From the NCBI GenBank assembly GCA_016178135.1, contig JACOTW010000001.1, positions 228 through 64,227 on the forward strand: DNA of 64,000 nucleotides, read 5' to 3'. This stretch comes from Candidatus Saccharimonadota bacterium (GTDB lineage: Bacteria; Patescibacteriota; Saccharimonadia; Saccharimonadales; JACOTW01). Below are positions 1 to 8,990 of the stretch, piece after piece; positions within the stretch are counted from its first letter, which is position 1, and each line of letters begins with the position of its first letter. The notes under the pieces were generated by a model that had not been told where the DNA came from, ran no database searches, and was given only the letters and a program-made list of their open reading frames with translations. Position numbers and translations under genes: made by a program.

Positions 1-36
1 GGCATCCGCCGCATAAAAGCAGTCTTACAATAGGGC

Positions 37-66
37 TTGACCAAAATCCTCGGGGGGGGGTAAACT
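37..66 (+). promoter_or_regulatory. sigma70-type promoter with G9 tract in the -35/-10 spacer
   Basis: TTGACC 37-42, 18-nt spacer containing G52-G60, TAAACT 61-66; SD GAGGTG 91-96 before ATG 107. Confidence 0.65.
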
Positions 67-106
67 CACATATAAAGGATAAGCATAAAAGAGGTGTATA
101 TATTCC

Positions 107-1768
107 ATGGCGAGACTTCCAACTCCTGGTTCAGATAATGGTACTTGGGGAGGCATCCTAAACGACTTCCTCTCCCAATCCCATAACAGTGACGGGTCAT
201 TAAAATTGAGTGCAGTCAGCGCAAGCGGTGGTGCGGCTACCGATGCTTCTGTTGTCCACAACACGGGCGCTGAAACCATTGCAGGAGTCAAAACATTCTC
301 CTCTGCACCTGTGGTACCATCTGCCTCATTCCCGGAAAGCGCTGTCACGAACCTGACGACTAACTTATCTTCCAAGATAGACAAGTCCACAGCCACGACA
401 AAGGGAGACTTGTTTGCTGCTACTACAGCCAGTACCATTGTCCGTGTGGGTGTCGGGACGGATGGACAGATCCTGACGGCAGACAACGCTTCAAGCCCTG
501 GTGTGAAGTGGGCAGCAGCACCGACACCCCCGGTAACGAGTGTTGTTGGCCAGACGGGTGTGATTACGGGGGCGCAGATCGCGGGGGATGGAGCGCTTAC
601 CGGTACGTATGTGCCAAAAGCACGCGCAACATTTCCATCGGGGCGTATTGTCGGATGGGCTGGTGCCTCAACCACCAACGGATCGTCCTCATCTAATACA
701 ACCGTATATTCTTTCCGTGTGGCAGTAAATAAAATTTCTGGATCAGCACGAGTTGCAGGTAACAGTATTAATGGCGGCGTACCGAGTGAGACTTCAACGC
801 AGATCACCGCACGCATTGGAGGTATCATAACCTCTGGTGCGCAGATAGTAGTGATTTGCCCCGACTTTGGTACAAACAGCGCGGGCTCAAGTATTACCCT
901 GGCTCAATTTCAAACCGACATAATTACCTGTGTCACTACTGCCCGGGCAAGTGGCGTACCGGTTATTATTTGCACTACTTTACCACGGGGATCAAGCGCT
1001 GCAGCATCAATACACATCCTCCTGCAAACCTATAATCTCTGGCTACGCGCATGGGCACCGGTAAATGGCGTACCACTGGCTGATACCTTCGGTGCGGTAG
1101 TAGACCGCACGACTGGTTATCTGGCGGCAGCATATGACTCCGGCGATGGTACGCATCCGAATGATGCAGGACACTTAGCAATAGCACAGGCTATCGCGCC
1201 TCAGATCAACGCACTCTATACACTGCCGCCGTGGCCAGTACAATCTCCTGAGCCAGGTATCGGGCTGATCGCCAACCCGCTCATCGACGGGGCGGGCCCA
1301 AATACGTGGACAAACCTCAACGGCTCCTTCGCTAGCCCTACCTTCAGCATCGTGAATTCATCCGGGTCGGACGGGCTGCCGGCTGGACGCTGGCAGGCGA
1401 TGCAACTCGACGGCGTCGGCACTGGCGGCAGTGGCTACCGAAATATGACCAAAGGGATCAGCTCCTCCGGCTGGGCCGTGGGTGACACGTTGCTCTGCTG
1501 CTCATACGTCAAATGCTCAGACGCGAACGGGGTAGGACTCAAACTTCAGTGGCTCAACTCCAGCACCGCCGGTATTGGCATAATACTCGAGACATCTCTG
1601 ACAGGGACACCCGGTCCGATCATGTCGAAATTTGTCATCCCGGCGGGGACGACGGGCCTTTATCTCGCGCTGTCTGGCAGCGCCACCAGCGCCCAGAACG
1701 TCACCTTTTATATCGGCGCTACGCAGGTTTATAATTTGACGACACTTGGCCTTGCCTCGGCATTTTAA
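107..1768 (+). CDS. SGNH/GDSL hydrolase with N-terminal fibre-like region and C-terminal beta-rich domain
   Basis: SGNH blocks GASTTNG, GGVPSETS, GTNS, DGTHPNDAGH; N-terminus MARLPTPGSDNGTWGGILNDFL; tail-fibre-like segments (VHNTGAETIAGVKTF, TTKGDL..VGTDGQILTAD); visibly GC-richer than neighbours. Confidence 0.8.
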   Translation: MARLPTPGSDNGTWGGILNDFLSQSHNSDGSLKLSAVSASGGAATDASVVHNTGAETIAGVKTFSSAPVVPSASFPESAVTNLTTNLSSKIDKSTATTKGDLFAATTASTIVRVGVGTDGQILTADNASSPGVKWAAAPTPPVTSVVGQTGVITGAQIAGDGALTGTYVPKARATFPSGRIVGWAGASTTNGSSSSNTTVYSFRVAVNKISGSARVAGNSINGGVPSETSTQITARIGGIITSGAQIVVICPDFGTNSAGSSITLAQFQTDIITCVTTARASGVPVIICTTLPRGSSAAASIHILLQTYNLWLRAWAPVNGVPLADTFGAVVDRTTGYLAAAYDSGDGTHPNDAGHLAIAQAIAPQINALYTLPPWPVQSPEPGIGLIANPLIDGAGPNTWTNLNGSFASPTFSIVNSSGSDGLPAGRWQAMQLDGVGTGGSGYRNMTKGISSSGWAVGDTLLCCSYVKCSDANGVGLKLQWLNSSTAGIGIILETSLTGTPGPIMSKFVIPAGTTGLYLALSGSATSAQNVTFYIGATQVYNLTTLGLASAF

Positions 1769-1821
1769 CTAAGTATATGGTTCATTTGCCACGCTCAATT
1801 TGAAGTCAATTTGGAGGACGT

Positions 1822-2107
1822 TCCTCTAACAGAGAAAGATGATTGTTAGTTTCGCTGACTGTCCAGAGGTTTCTAGAGGACAGTCCTCTAACAGGGAGGG
1901 GATTATTGCGTACTAGTGATCAGTAAGTTCATATTTGATACTTGCAAGTAGGTTACGATGCTGTTCATAGTCGTGTAAGAATAACTTATAGTCCTCGGCA
2001 CCGCTGAATAATTCTAAAATTCTGGCCGGCTTTATCCATAATTCAACTATTTATCATCTGTTAGAAACCAGTCCTCTAGAACCCCTCTAGAACACTGTCC
2101 TCTAGAA
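1822..2107. repeat. cluster of CCTCTAGAA/TCCTCTAACAG motifs with a 14-bp inverted repeat
   Basis: TCCTCTAACAG at 1822 and 1884; TTCTAGAGGACAGT 1871-1884 inverted at 2094-2107; CCTCTAGAA at 2073, 2084, 2099. Confidence 0.7.
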
Positions 2108-2173
2108 TCCCTATATCCTTAGATACGTCGACGGAGAGCAGACAGGTTTTGGACACTTTGGCGCGGAGTGAAT

Positions 2174-2198
2174 TGGTTATTTTGTTTTGGAATGGCTA
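2174..2198 (+). mobile_element. isolated right TIR of element family E
   Basis: TTGGTTATTTTGTTTTGGAATGGCTA matches the right end of the copy at 15155-15317. Confidence 0.7.
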
Positions 2199-2262
2199 TA
2201 TAGTGACGCCGAGAAAATATAAACAGTTTGCAGTCAGTTAGACTACGATCTTTTACTGTATG

Positions 2263-2279
2263 AAAGTGCGAAAGTCCTA
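2263..2279 (+). mobile_element. isolated right TIR of element family D
   Basis: AAAGTGCGAAAGTCCTA identical to the end of 37592-37748. Confidence 0.7.
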
Positions 2280-2291
2280 TAAAGTAAACAT

Positions 2292-2597
2292 ATGACTCAA
2301 ACAATAGCTAATGGTGTAGTACATGACGTACCAGCTGATTTACTAAAAGCTCTGCTATCTGACGAATCTGCCCTGGAAAGGTGGGAAGATCTAACACCGT
2401 TGTCACGAAACGAGTGGATTTGTTGGACTATTACAGTTAAACAACCCAAAACACGCATAAATCACATCGAGAGAACCATCACGGAGCTACGGGAGGGCAA
2501 ACGTCGCCCTTGTTGCTGGGCTGGCTGCCCTCACCGTACAGACAAGCCAATAAACTCAACTCAAAAATGGGTATTTAGTAAGCAATCGAGCAAATAG
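2292..2597 (+). CDS. YdeI/OmpD-associated family protein
   Basis: VPADLLKAL..WEDLTPLSRNEWICW..KQPKTR..GKRRPCCWAGC pattern. Confidence 0.8.
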   Translation: MTQTIANGVVHDVPADLLKALLSDESALERWEDLTPLSRNEWICWTITVKQPKTRINHIERTITELREGKRRPCCWAGCPHRTDKPINSTQKWVFSKQSSK

Positions 2598-2616
2598 GGT
2601 CTGCTACAATAAAACT

Positions 2617-2823
2617 ATGCAAAAAATAGCTACAAAAGTTTTCATCTGTGCCTCTGTATTATTCGGTATCTTGGGAATATTTATGGCAATGTCCGGTATA
2701 GATCCAGATAATAATGGCAGCACACTACAGCAAATTGTTGGGAAGCTTTTTCTGAGCACTATTTTCGTTATTTTGCCATCGTTTGCACTTAGCATTGCAG
2801 GCAAATATTTAAAAAGTAAGTAG
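2617..2823 (+). CDS. small two-TM membrane protein
   Basis: two hydrophobic helices; TGcTACAAT 6 nt upstream of ATG. Confidence 0.7.
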   Translation: MQKIATKVFICASVLFGILGIFMAMSGIDPDNNGSTLQQIVGKLFLSTIFVILPSFALSIAGKYLKSK

Positions 2824-2830
2824 GACGACT

Positions 2831-3289
2831 ATGAAACGAATTACACCTAACCTATGGTTTGACGGCAATGCCAAAGAGGCAGTGGATTTTTATGTATCTG
2901 TTTTCCCTAAGAGTAAGATAACTTCGACAATTTATTATCCAAAAACCAAAGAAGAAGGCTTGGCTGATTTTCAACTAGAGTTGGCAGGCAAAGCTTTGAC
3001 TATTGAGTTTGAACTAAGCGGCAACCCCTTTGTGGCTATCAACGCTGGCCCAGAGTTTAAGTTCAATGAGTCCGTGTCTTTTTCTATACCATGTAAAGAC
3101 CAGGACGAGATTGACTACTACTGGGGGAAACTTTCAAAAGTACCAGAAAGCGAGCAATGTGGTTGGTGCAAAGACCAGTATGGGCTGAGCTGGCAAATAG
3201 TACCGGAAAACATGGAAGAGTTGATGAAGCGTCCAAATGCCTACGCCAAGATGATGGAAATGCATAAGCTCGTTATTGCCGACTTTTAA
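2831..3289 (+). CDS. VOC family protein (PhnB / 3-demethylubiquinone-9 3-methyltransferase-like)
   Basis: ITPNLWFDGNAKEAVDFYVSVF, NAGPEFKFNESVSF, CGWCKDQYGLSWQIVP. Confidence 0.9.
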   Translation: MKRITPNLWFDGNAKEAVDFYVSVFPKSKITSTIYYPKTKEEGLADFQLELAGKALTIEFELSGNPFVAINAGPEFKFNESVSFSIPCKDQDEIDYYWGKLSKVPESEQCGWCKDQYGLSWQIVPENMEELMKRPNAYAKMMEMHKLVIADF

Positions 3290-3493
3290 TATGATGTTTT
3301 GGTATACTGGATTTATGGAGAATAAGGTTCGACCTTGAAAGGTGTCAGTCGCTGCAATCTACCTTACGTCTGCTAGTTCGTACTTAATACTTTCCAACAT
3401 TGCTTTATGGTTCTCGTAGTCTTCCAGGGGTGCTTATAAATATACAAGGTTTACCGTATAATATTTCGCATGAGCGATGATCAATTCACTTTA

Positions 3494-3651
3494 CTGGACT
3501 TGCGCAAAGCTCCCCCATCCCCAGACCAACTAATCTCGGCTGGCGGCGGTTTGCCTTCTATCGATGTAGCTAAAGCTACCTTTCCTTCAGTCAAACCACT
3601 CTCAGCTCGAGCTGATTTGCCCTGGGAACGGGTGATTTCGCCTAAGTCCAG
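3494..3651 (+). mobile_element. family A MITE-like element (158 bp), in frame within short ORF 3470-3706
   Basis: CTGGACTTGCGCAAA...CCTAAGTCCAG, flanks TTTA/TAAA, central GTAGC-TAAA-GCTAC. Confidence 0.9.
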
Positions 3652-3702
3652 TAAAGTACCAGAAAAAAGCGGGCCCACCCTAGTTACTGTGAGCAAAGAC
3701 AC

Positions 3703-4266
3703 ATGAACTCGCAACAAGTTGTTGATCAGGCTAAGGCGAAATTTACCCAAGCCCAGAGTCATTTTCTGGAAGAGTTGAAGAAGCTACGTACCGGACGCGC
3801 TCATCCAAGCATGCTTGATGGAGTAATGATAGAAGCCTACGGCACGGAAATGCCCCTAATCCAGGTGGGGACAGTTAGCACGCCGGAGCCACAGCTACTG
3901 CAAATTACGCCGTTTGATCCAAACAACCTGCAAGCTATATCGACGGCCATTCGCAATACTCAAAATTTGGGTATGAACCCAATGGACGATGGGCGGGTAG
4001 TCCGCGTACCCATTCCGCCGTTGAACGAAGAACGTAGGCATGATTTCGTCAAGCTACTCGGAACCAGAGTAGAGGATTGCATGGTTAGTTTGCGTAATAT
4101 TCGCCACGATGCAATTAGAGATATTGACCAGGCCAAAAAAGCTAAACTAATTGGCGAAGATGACGCTAAACGTCTGGAAAAACAAATCGATGATGCTATG
4201 AGTCAGGCCAAAAAAGAAGTTGAGGTGCAGGCCAAAACCAAAGAACAAGAAATCACGACCCTATAA
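3703..4266 (+). CDS. frr: ribosome recycling factor
   Basis: LRTGRAHPSMLD, YG..PL, P.L.EERR, RNIRHDA. Confidence 0.97.
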   Translation: MNSQQVVDQAKAKFTQAQSHFLEELKKLRTGRAHPSMLDGVMIEAYGTEMPLIQVGTVSTPEPQLLQITPFDPNNLQAISTAIRNTQNLGMNPMDDGRVVRVPIPPLNEERRHDFVKLLGTRVEDCMVSLRNIRHDAIRDIDQAKKAKLIGEDDAKRLEKQIDDAMSQAKKEVEVQAKTKEQEITTL

Positions 4267-4297
4267 CCTACAAAGTTTTCCCATCCACTGATCCCGC

Positions 4298-4343
4298 GCC
4301 AATCTTACTAAATTCGACATATGTAGAATTTACTAAGATTGGC
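4298..4343. repeat. 46-bp near-perfect palindrome downstream of frr
   Basis: GCCAATCTTAcTAAATTCgACAT|ATGTaGAATTTAcTAAGATTGGC, two mismatched pairs. Confidence 0.85.
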
Positions 4344-4385
4344 TGGAATTACGTGAAATCGTTTGGGGTAAGCTAGTTACAACCG

Positions 4386-4487
4386 TTGATAGTTGTGGTC
4401 ATTGATAAGTTGCCCGTTGATAAGTTGTAGCTGTTGATAGCTTTATTCTTCCCATCTGAACAGTCTACCTTCTATCTGAACAGTCTA
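4386..4487. repeat. short direct repeats
   Basis: TTGATA(A)GTTG at 4386, 4402, 4417 and partial 4434; ATCTGAACAGTCTA at 4454 and 4474. Confidence 0.75.
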
Positions 4488-4596
4488 TCTTTCCGGTAGT
4501 GTTCGGGTTCGGATTAGAGTTCAGAGTTGCAGCCTGTTGTGTTACCGCAGTCTATTGCCTACGAAAAATTATAAAAGTCCTATATAATGAATGAAC

Positions 4597-5292
4597 ATGT
4601 CAGAGACTAACACCGTTCCGGTTCACCTCGGATTGATACTCGATGGTAATCGCCGCTGGGCAAAGGCCAATGGTCTGCCGGCTTTTGAAGGTCATCGTAG
4701 AGGCTATGAAAACCTAAAAACCATAGGCAAGACCGCCATTAAACGTGGTGTTAAGTATATTTCAGCCTATGTATTTTCTACAGAAAATTGGCAGCGTAGT
4801 AAGGAAGAAGTGGACTATCTCATGAAACTTCTTTTGTGGGTTGCCAAACACGAAGTTGCGGAGATGAATAAAGACGGCATACGCGTAAGGTTCATGGGTA
4901 GTCGGGATAGATTGAGTGCCAAGATTTTAAGAGCCATAGACGAAGCTGAAATTAAAACCAAAGATAACGTCAACGGCACTCTAGCCTTATGTTTGAATTA
5001 TGGTGGTCGGCAGGAGATAGTCGAAGCTTTTCAGAAAATGGCTGCTAACGATATCGCCACTAATGCTATAAACGAACAAACGATAGCCGATAATTTATAC
5101 CAACCAGACATTCCTCCAGTCGATCTGATTATCAGAACTTCTGGCGAACAGCGTATTAGTAATTTTATGTTATGGCGGGCGGCTTATAGCGAACTTTATT
5201 TTACTGATGTTCACTGGCCAGATTTTAATGAAGCAGAACTAGATAAGGCGCTTGAGGAATACGCTGCGCGCCACAGAAGGTATGGTAAGTAG
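4597..5292 (+). CDS. uppS: undecaprenyl diphosphate synthase (alternative ATG 4591)
   Basis: HLGLILDGNRRWAK, FSTENWQRS, NYGGRQEI, IRTSGEQRISNF. Confidence 0.97.
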   Translation: MSETNTVPVHLGLILDGNRRWAKANGLPAFEGHRRGYENLKTIGKTAIKRGVKYISAYVFSTENWQRSKEEVDYLMKLLLWVAKHEVAEMNKDGIRVRFMGSRDRLSAKILRAIDEAEIKTKDNVNGTLALCLNYGGRQEIVEAFQKMAANDIATNAINEQTIADNLYQPDIPPVDLIIRTSGEQRISNFMLWRAAYSELYFTDVHWPDFNEAELDKALEEYAARHRRYGK

Positions 5293-6429
5293 ATGCACAT
5301 ATTACTATTGATTTTGGGCTTAATATTATTTATCAGCTTGGTTGTCGTGCATGAACTGGGGCATTTTATTGTGGCGCGACGCAATGGGGTAGAGGTAGAA
5401 GAATTTGGGATTTTCTTCCCCCCTCGTATCTGGAAAAAACGTATCAAAAGCAAAAAGGGCGATTATGACTTCACGATCAACGCACTACCTTTGGGCGGCT
5501 TTGTAAAACTAAAGGGTGAGCTTGATTCTGATACGTCGCCAGGTAGTTTTGGGGCAGCAAAACTATGGCCAAAGGTAAAAATCATGCTAGCTGGTGTAAC
5601 TATGAATTTACTCGCGGCTTTTGTGATTCTGACTTTTACGGCTTTAGTGGGTATTCCGAAACTTATTGATAAGCAGTTTACGGTAAATAGTGATACTCGA
5701 CTAACGAAGCATGCGATACTGATTGGTTATGTTGATCCGCATTCTCCAGCCCAGCAGGCCGGCTTACGTGTTCGTGATCAATTAATTAGTATAGGACTTT
5801 CGGGACAGAGCCAAAATACGATCAATACTCCGGAAAGCTTGCCAAAACTTACTAGGCTATACGCAGGTAAAGACGTAGAGGTTAGGTATCAGCGCAACGA
5901 TAAAATATCAAGTGCCATTTTGCGCCTACGTTCTACACAAGAAGTTGATAATAGTAAAAATACTAACGAACCCAAGGGTTATTTAGGGGTTTCGCCGACA
6001 GAATACGCCCTAAGGCGATCTACTTGGTCGGCGCCAATTGTTGCCGGCGGGCTGATCGAGCAGCTTACCGAATTGACATTTCAAGGTCTCGGCACGATTA
6101 TTGCTAATCTGTTTAGGGGTAATGTTCATGAAGCATCGCAGCAAGTTTCTGGCCCGGTCGGTATTTACGTTATTTTAAGAGACGGCAGTTTGCTTGGCTA
6201 TCAATTTATATTGATGATTATTGCTATAATTTCACTCACGCTTGCGATTATGAACGTTCTGCCGATTCCAGCGCTTGACGGTGGTAGATTGTTTGTAACA
6301 CTTGCTTTTAGAATATCTAAAAAACCTCTTAGTCAGCGTACCGAAGAACTAATTCATGGCACTGGCTTTGTCTTGCTGCTGGCTTTGTTCGCGCTTATTA
6401 CATTTGTAGATGTCGGGCGATTTTTTTAA
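5293..6429 (+). CDS. rseP: M50 site-2 metalloprotease with PDZ domain
   Basis: HELGH, PLGGFV, N.LPIPALDGG; position after uppS. Confidence 0.93.
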   Translation: MHILLLILGLILFISLVVVHELGHFIVARRNGVEVEEFGIFFPPRIWKKRIKSKKGDYDFTINALPLGGFVKLKGELDSDTSPGSFGAAKLWPKVKIMLAGVTMNLLAAFVILTFTALVGIPKLIDKQFTVNSDTRLTKHAILIGYVDPHSPAQQAGLRVRDQLISIGLSGQSQNTINTPESLPKLTRLYAGKDVEVRYQRNDKISSAILRLRSTQEVDNSKNTNEPKGYLGVSPTEYALRRSTWSAPIVAGGLIEQLTELTFQGLGTIIANLFRGNVHEASQQVSGPVGIYVILRDGSLLGYQFILMIIAIISLTLAIMNVLPIPALDGGRLFVTLAFRISKKPLSQRTEELIHGTGFVLLLALFALITFVDVGRFF

Positions 6430-6433
6430 TTGT

Positions 6434-7237
6434 ATGAAAAAAACTTTGAGAAAATTATATCTGCGTAAGTCGAGTTTATCCGACTTACGCAAAACTATCT
6501 CATTCCCAGATCAATTCAATCCAGCGCTGGTCATTTTAGTTACTATTGGCGTTTATTTCGCTGCTCAAATTATCGGCGGTACATTAATTTCGATTTACCC
6601 AATTGTTCGAAGATGGGATAGGGTTCAAACTATGGATTGGCTAAGCAATTCATTGGTAGCGCAATTTTTTACAGTGGTTTTTATTTACGGATCAATATTG
6701 TTTTTGCTCCGTGTTTTTTTCAAAAAATACGGTGGTGGATTTCGGACTATAGGATTCAAGAAACCAAAATGGACGGATATGGGTTTTGCTTTGGCGGGCT
6801 ACGCCGCTTACATCGTGGCTTACATTGTTATTATAATATTAATTGGCCTGTTTATACCCGAGCTTAATCTTAACCAAAAACAGCAACTTGGGTTTTCTAC
6901 CGCCACAACTGGACCTGGCCTAATACTGATATTTATTAGTCTGGTAGTATTGCCGCCACTGGTTGAAGAATTATTAATGCGTGGTTTTTTGTACACCGGG
7001 CTAAGGGCTAGACTTCATAAAATGCCGTCGGCCATAATAACCAGTATTGTGTTTGCTGTTGGTCATCTACAGTGGGGCTCGGGTAACGCATTGCTCTGGA
7101 CTGCCGCAATAGACACTTTTATTTTGTCTATGGTGCTTGTTTATTTACGCGAACGAACCGGTGGCCTAGGGGCTTCGATTGGCTTACATATGATTAAAAA
7201 CTGCGTAGCGTTCGCGAGTTTGTTTATTTTGCGGTAG
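6434..7237 (+). CDS. CPBP/CAAX-family intramembrane metalloprotease
   Basis: EELLMRGF, FAVGH, H.IKN motifs; start uncertain; N-terminus partly derived from family A. Confidence 0.88.
   Translation: MKKTLRKLYLRKSSLSDLRKTISFPDQFNPALVILVTIGVYFAAQIIGGTLISIYPIVRRWDRVQTMDWLSNSLVAQFFTVVFIYGSILFLLRVFFKKYGGGFRTIGFKKPKWTDMGFALAGYAAYIVAYIVIIILIGLFIPELNLNQKQQLGFSTATTGPGLILIFISLVVLPPLVEELLMRGFLYTGLRARLHKMPSAIITSIVFAVGHLQWGSGNALLWTAAIDTFILSMVLVYLRERTGGLGASIGLHMIKNCVAFASLFILR
6462..6517 (+). mobile_element. back-to-back family A TIR remnants inside the CPBP N-terminus
   Basis: TGCGTAAGTCGAG-TTTA-TCCGACTTACGCAAAACTATCTCATTCCCAGATCAATTC resembles an A right end, target site, then A left arm. Confidence 0.7.
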
Positions 7238-7246
7238 AATTACCCC

Positions 7247-8668
7247 ATGTCCGATAAAAAACAACTACCACCTAAAACTGGCGATTTATCTGATTGGTAT
7301 ACTACGATTATTCAGTTGGCCGATTTAGCCGATTATGGTCCAGCAAAAGGTACAATGATAATTAAGCCTTATGGCTATGCTATTTGGGAGATGGTACAAC
7401 AGGCCATGAATCCTATCATTAAAGCTCGCGGTGTTGGTAACGCCTATTTTCCTTTATTGATTCCAATGAGCTTGCTTGAGAAAGAGGCTAGTCATGTTGA
7501 GGGGTTCGCTCCGGAGTTGGCTGTGGTTACTCATGGGGGTGGAGAAAAATTACAAGAGCCACTCGCCGTACGCCCAACTAGTGAAACGATTATGTATAAC
7601 TCGTTTGCCAAATGGGTTCAGTCGTGGCGGGATTTACCGATTTTAATGAATCAATGGAACAACGTTGTGCGTTGGGAAAAACGAACAATGCCATTTTTGC
7701 GTACTAGTGAATTTCTATGGCAAGAGGGACACACGGCACACGCTACCCATAAAGAAGCGATTGAGATCCAGAAATGGGCCATGGACATGTACGCTAAAAT
7801 CTACCAAGACTATTTTGCTATTGATGGCTACGTTGGGCTTAAGTCATCAACCGAGCGGTTTGCTGGTGCCGATACAACCTTGACCTACGAGACACTTATG
7901 CCAAGTGGTAAAGCCTTGCAGTCATGTACTTCACATGATCTGGGGCAGAATTTTTCTAAACCTTTTGAAATAACATTTCAGGACAACCAAGGCAATGATA
8001 GTTTTGTTTGGCAGACAAGCTGGGGTTTTAGCACCAGATCAATTGGTGGGCTGATCCTGGCTCATGGCGATGATAATGGCCTGCGTCTACCTCCGAAATT
8101 AGCACCAGTACAGGTTGTCATTGTACCTGTAAGGGTAGAGCCAGAGATAATGACCCATTGCCAAGAATTATTAGACAAACTCACGAAAGTTGGCATGCGA
8201 GTAGTTATAGATGACAGAGATGATGAAAGTTTTGGTTTTAGACTTAATAAGTGGGAGGTTAAAGGCACACCAATCATCTTAAAAATAGGTCAAAAAGAAG
8301 TTTCAGAAAGTGTTATTACGGTCAAAAGGCGCTTTGATGGAAAAGAAGACCAAGTTTCTACTAAAGAAGCAGCCGAAAAACTTCAGCAGTTACTTGAATC
8401 AATTCAGGTCATGATGTTTAAGGCCTCCCAGGATTTCATAGCAAGTAATACCCGAGAAGCCAAGGACTACGAGGAGTTCAAAAAGATATTGGCCGAGCAC
8501 AAAGGGTTCATCAGGGTCAATTGGAGTGATAATCCAGAAGTTGAAAAGCGAATTAAAGACGAAACCAAGGCAACCAGCCGTTGTTTGATCGCGGAAGATC
8601 AGCCAGGGCGGAACTTTGTAACTGGGGAACCTACTTCGCAGGTTTGGCTTTTTGCACAAAGTTATTGA
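7247..8668 (+). CDS. proS: proline--tRNA ligase (archaeal/eukaryotic type)
   Basis: RPTSET, NQWNNVVRWE, RTSEFLWQEGHT, QTSWGFSTR, C-terminal FAQSY. Confidence 0.97.
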   Translation: MSDKKQLPPKTGDLSDWYTTIIQLADLADYGPAKGTMIIKPYGYAIWEMVQQAMNPIIKARGVGNAYFPLLIPMSLLEKEASHVEGFAPELAVVTHGGGEKLQEPLAVRPTSETIMYNSFAKWVQSWRDLPILMNQWNNVVRWEKRTMPFLRTSEFLWQEGHTAHATHKEAIEIQKWAMDMYAKIYQDYFAIDGYVGLKSSTERFAGADTTLTYETLMPSGKALQSCTSHDLGQNFSKPFEITFQDNQGNDSFVWQTSWGFSTRSIGGLILAHGDDNGLRLPPKLAPVQVVIVPVRVEPEIMTHCQELLDKLTKVGMRVVIDDRDDESFGFRLNKWEVKGTPIILKIGQKEVSESVITVKRRFDGKEDQVSTKEAAEKLQQLLESIQVMMFKASQDFIASNTREAKDYEEFKKILAEHKGFIRVNWSDNPEVEKRIKDETKATSRCLIAEDQPGRNFVTGEPTSQVWLFAQSY

Positions 8669-8732
8669 TAACTGTTTTCGCACGACTTGAAGCAAGCAAG
8701 ATATCAATGGTAAAGTGCGAAATTCGTGTATA

Positions 8733-8932
8733 CTGGACCTGTCGCAAAATCGTCCGTTCCCAGAGTGAATTATCTCGCGCGAAAACTGTTTTGTCTGAAG
8801 GAGAGGTAGCCTTAGCTACATTGAGAGAAGAAAAACCGTTTGTCTTCGACTCTGAGGTGAGCCCTCAGGCTCAGACTCGAAGAGTAGCCGATAGAATTCG
8901 ATCTGGGGATGGAGGAGTTTGCGTAAATCCAG
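8733..8932 (-). mobile_element. family A element carrying the B insert (8843-8883), abutting a degenerate family C end (8713-8728)
   Basis: TIRs with TATA/TATA duplication; AAGTGCGAAATTCGTG directly upstream. Confidence 0.9.
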
Positions 8933-8990
8933 TATACTAAAACGCAGGTTTTGAGAGACTAAAAGTTCTAAACGGAGTTAATCATAGATT

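Noticed and set aside
25..828. 267-aa minus-strand ORF
   Set aside because: Antisense shadow of the GC-rich SGNH gene; no motifs.
1990..2002. tRNA 3'-end/att remnant (AGTCCTCGGCACC)
   Set aside because: Too short, no T-arm or CCA; no tRNA or rRNA gene was recognisable anywhere in the window.
4555..4588. D-type end supplying a -35 (TTGCCT/TTGTCT)
   Set aside because: Spacing to the -10 is 22 nt at both uppS and serS, too long for sigma70.
8581..8940. ORF-track proteins containing WTCRK/LDLRK/TGPVAK (also 3481, 14752, 20771, 31330, 33890, 36171, 46923, 46928, 62097, 62179)
   Set aside because: Translations of the non-coding elements, not independent genes.
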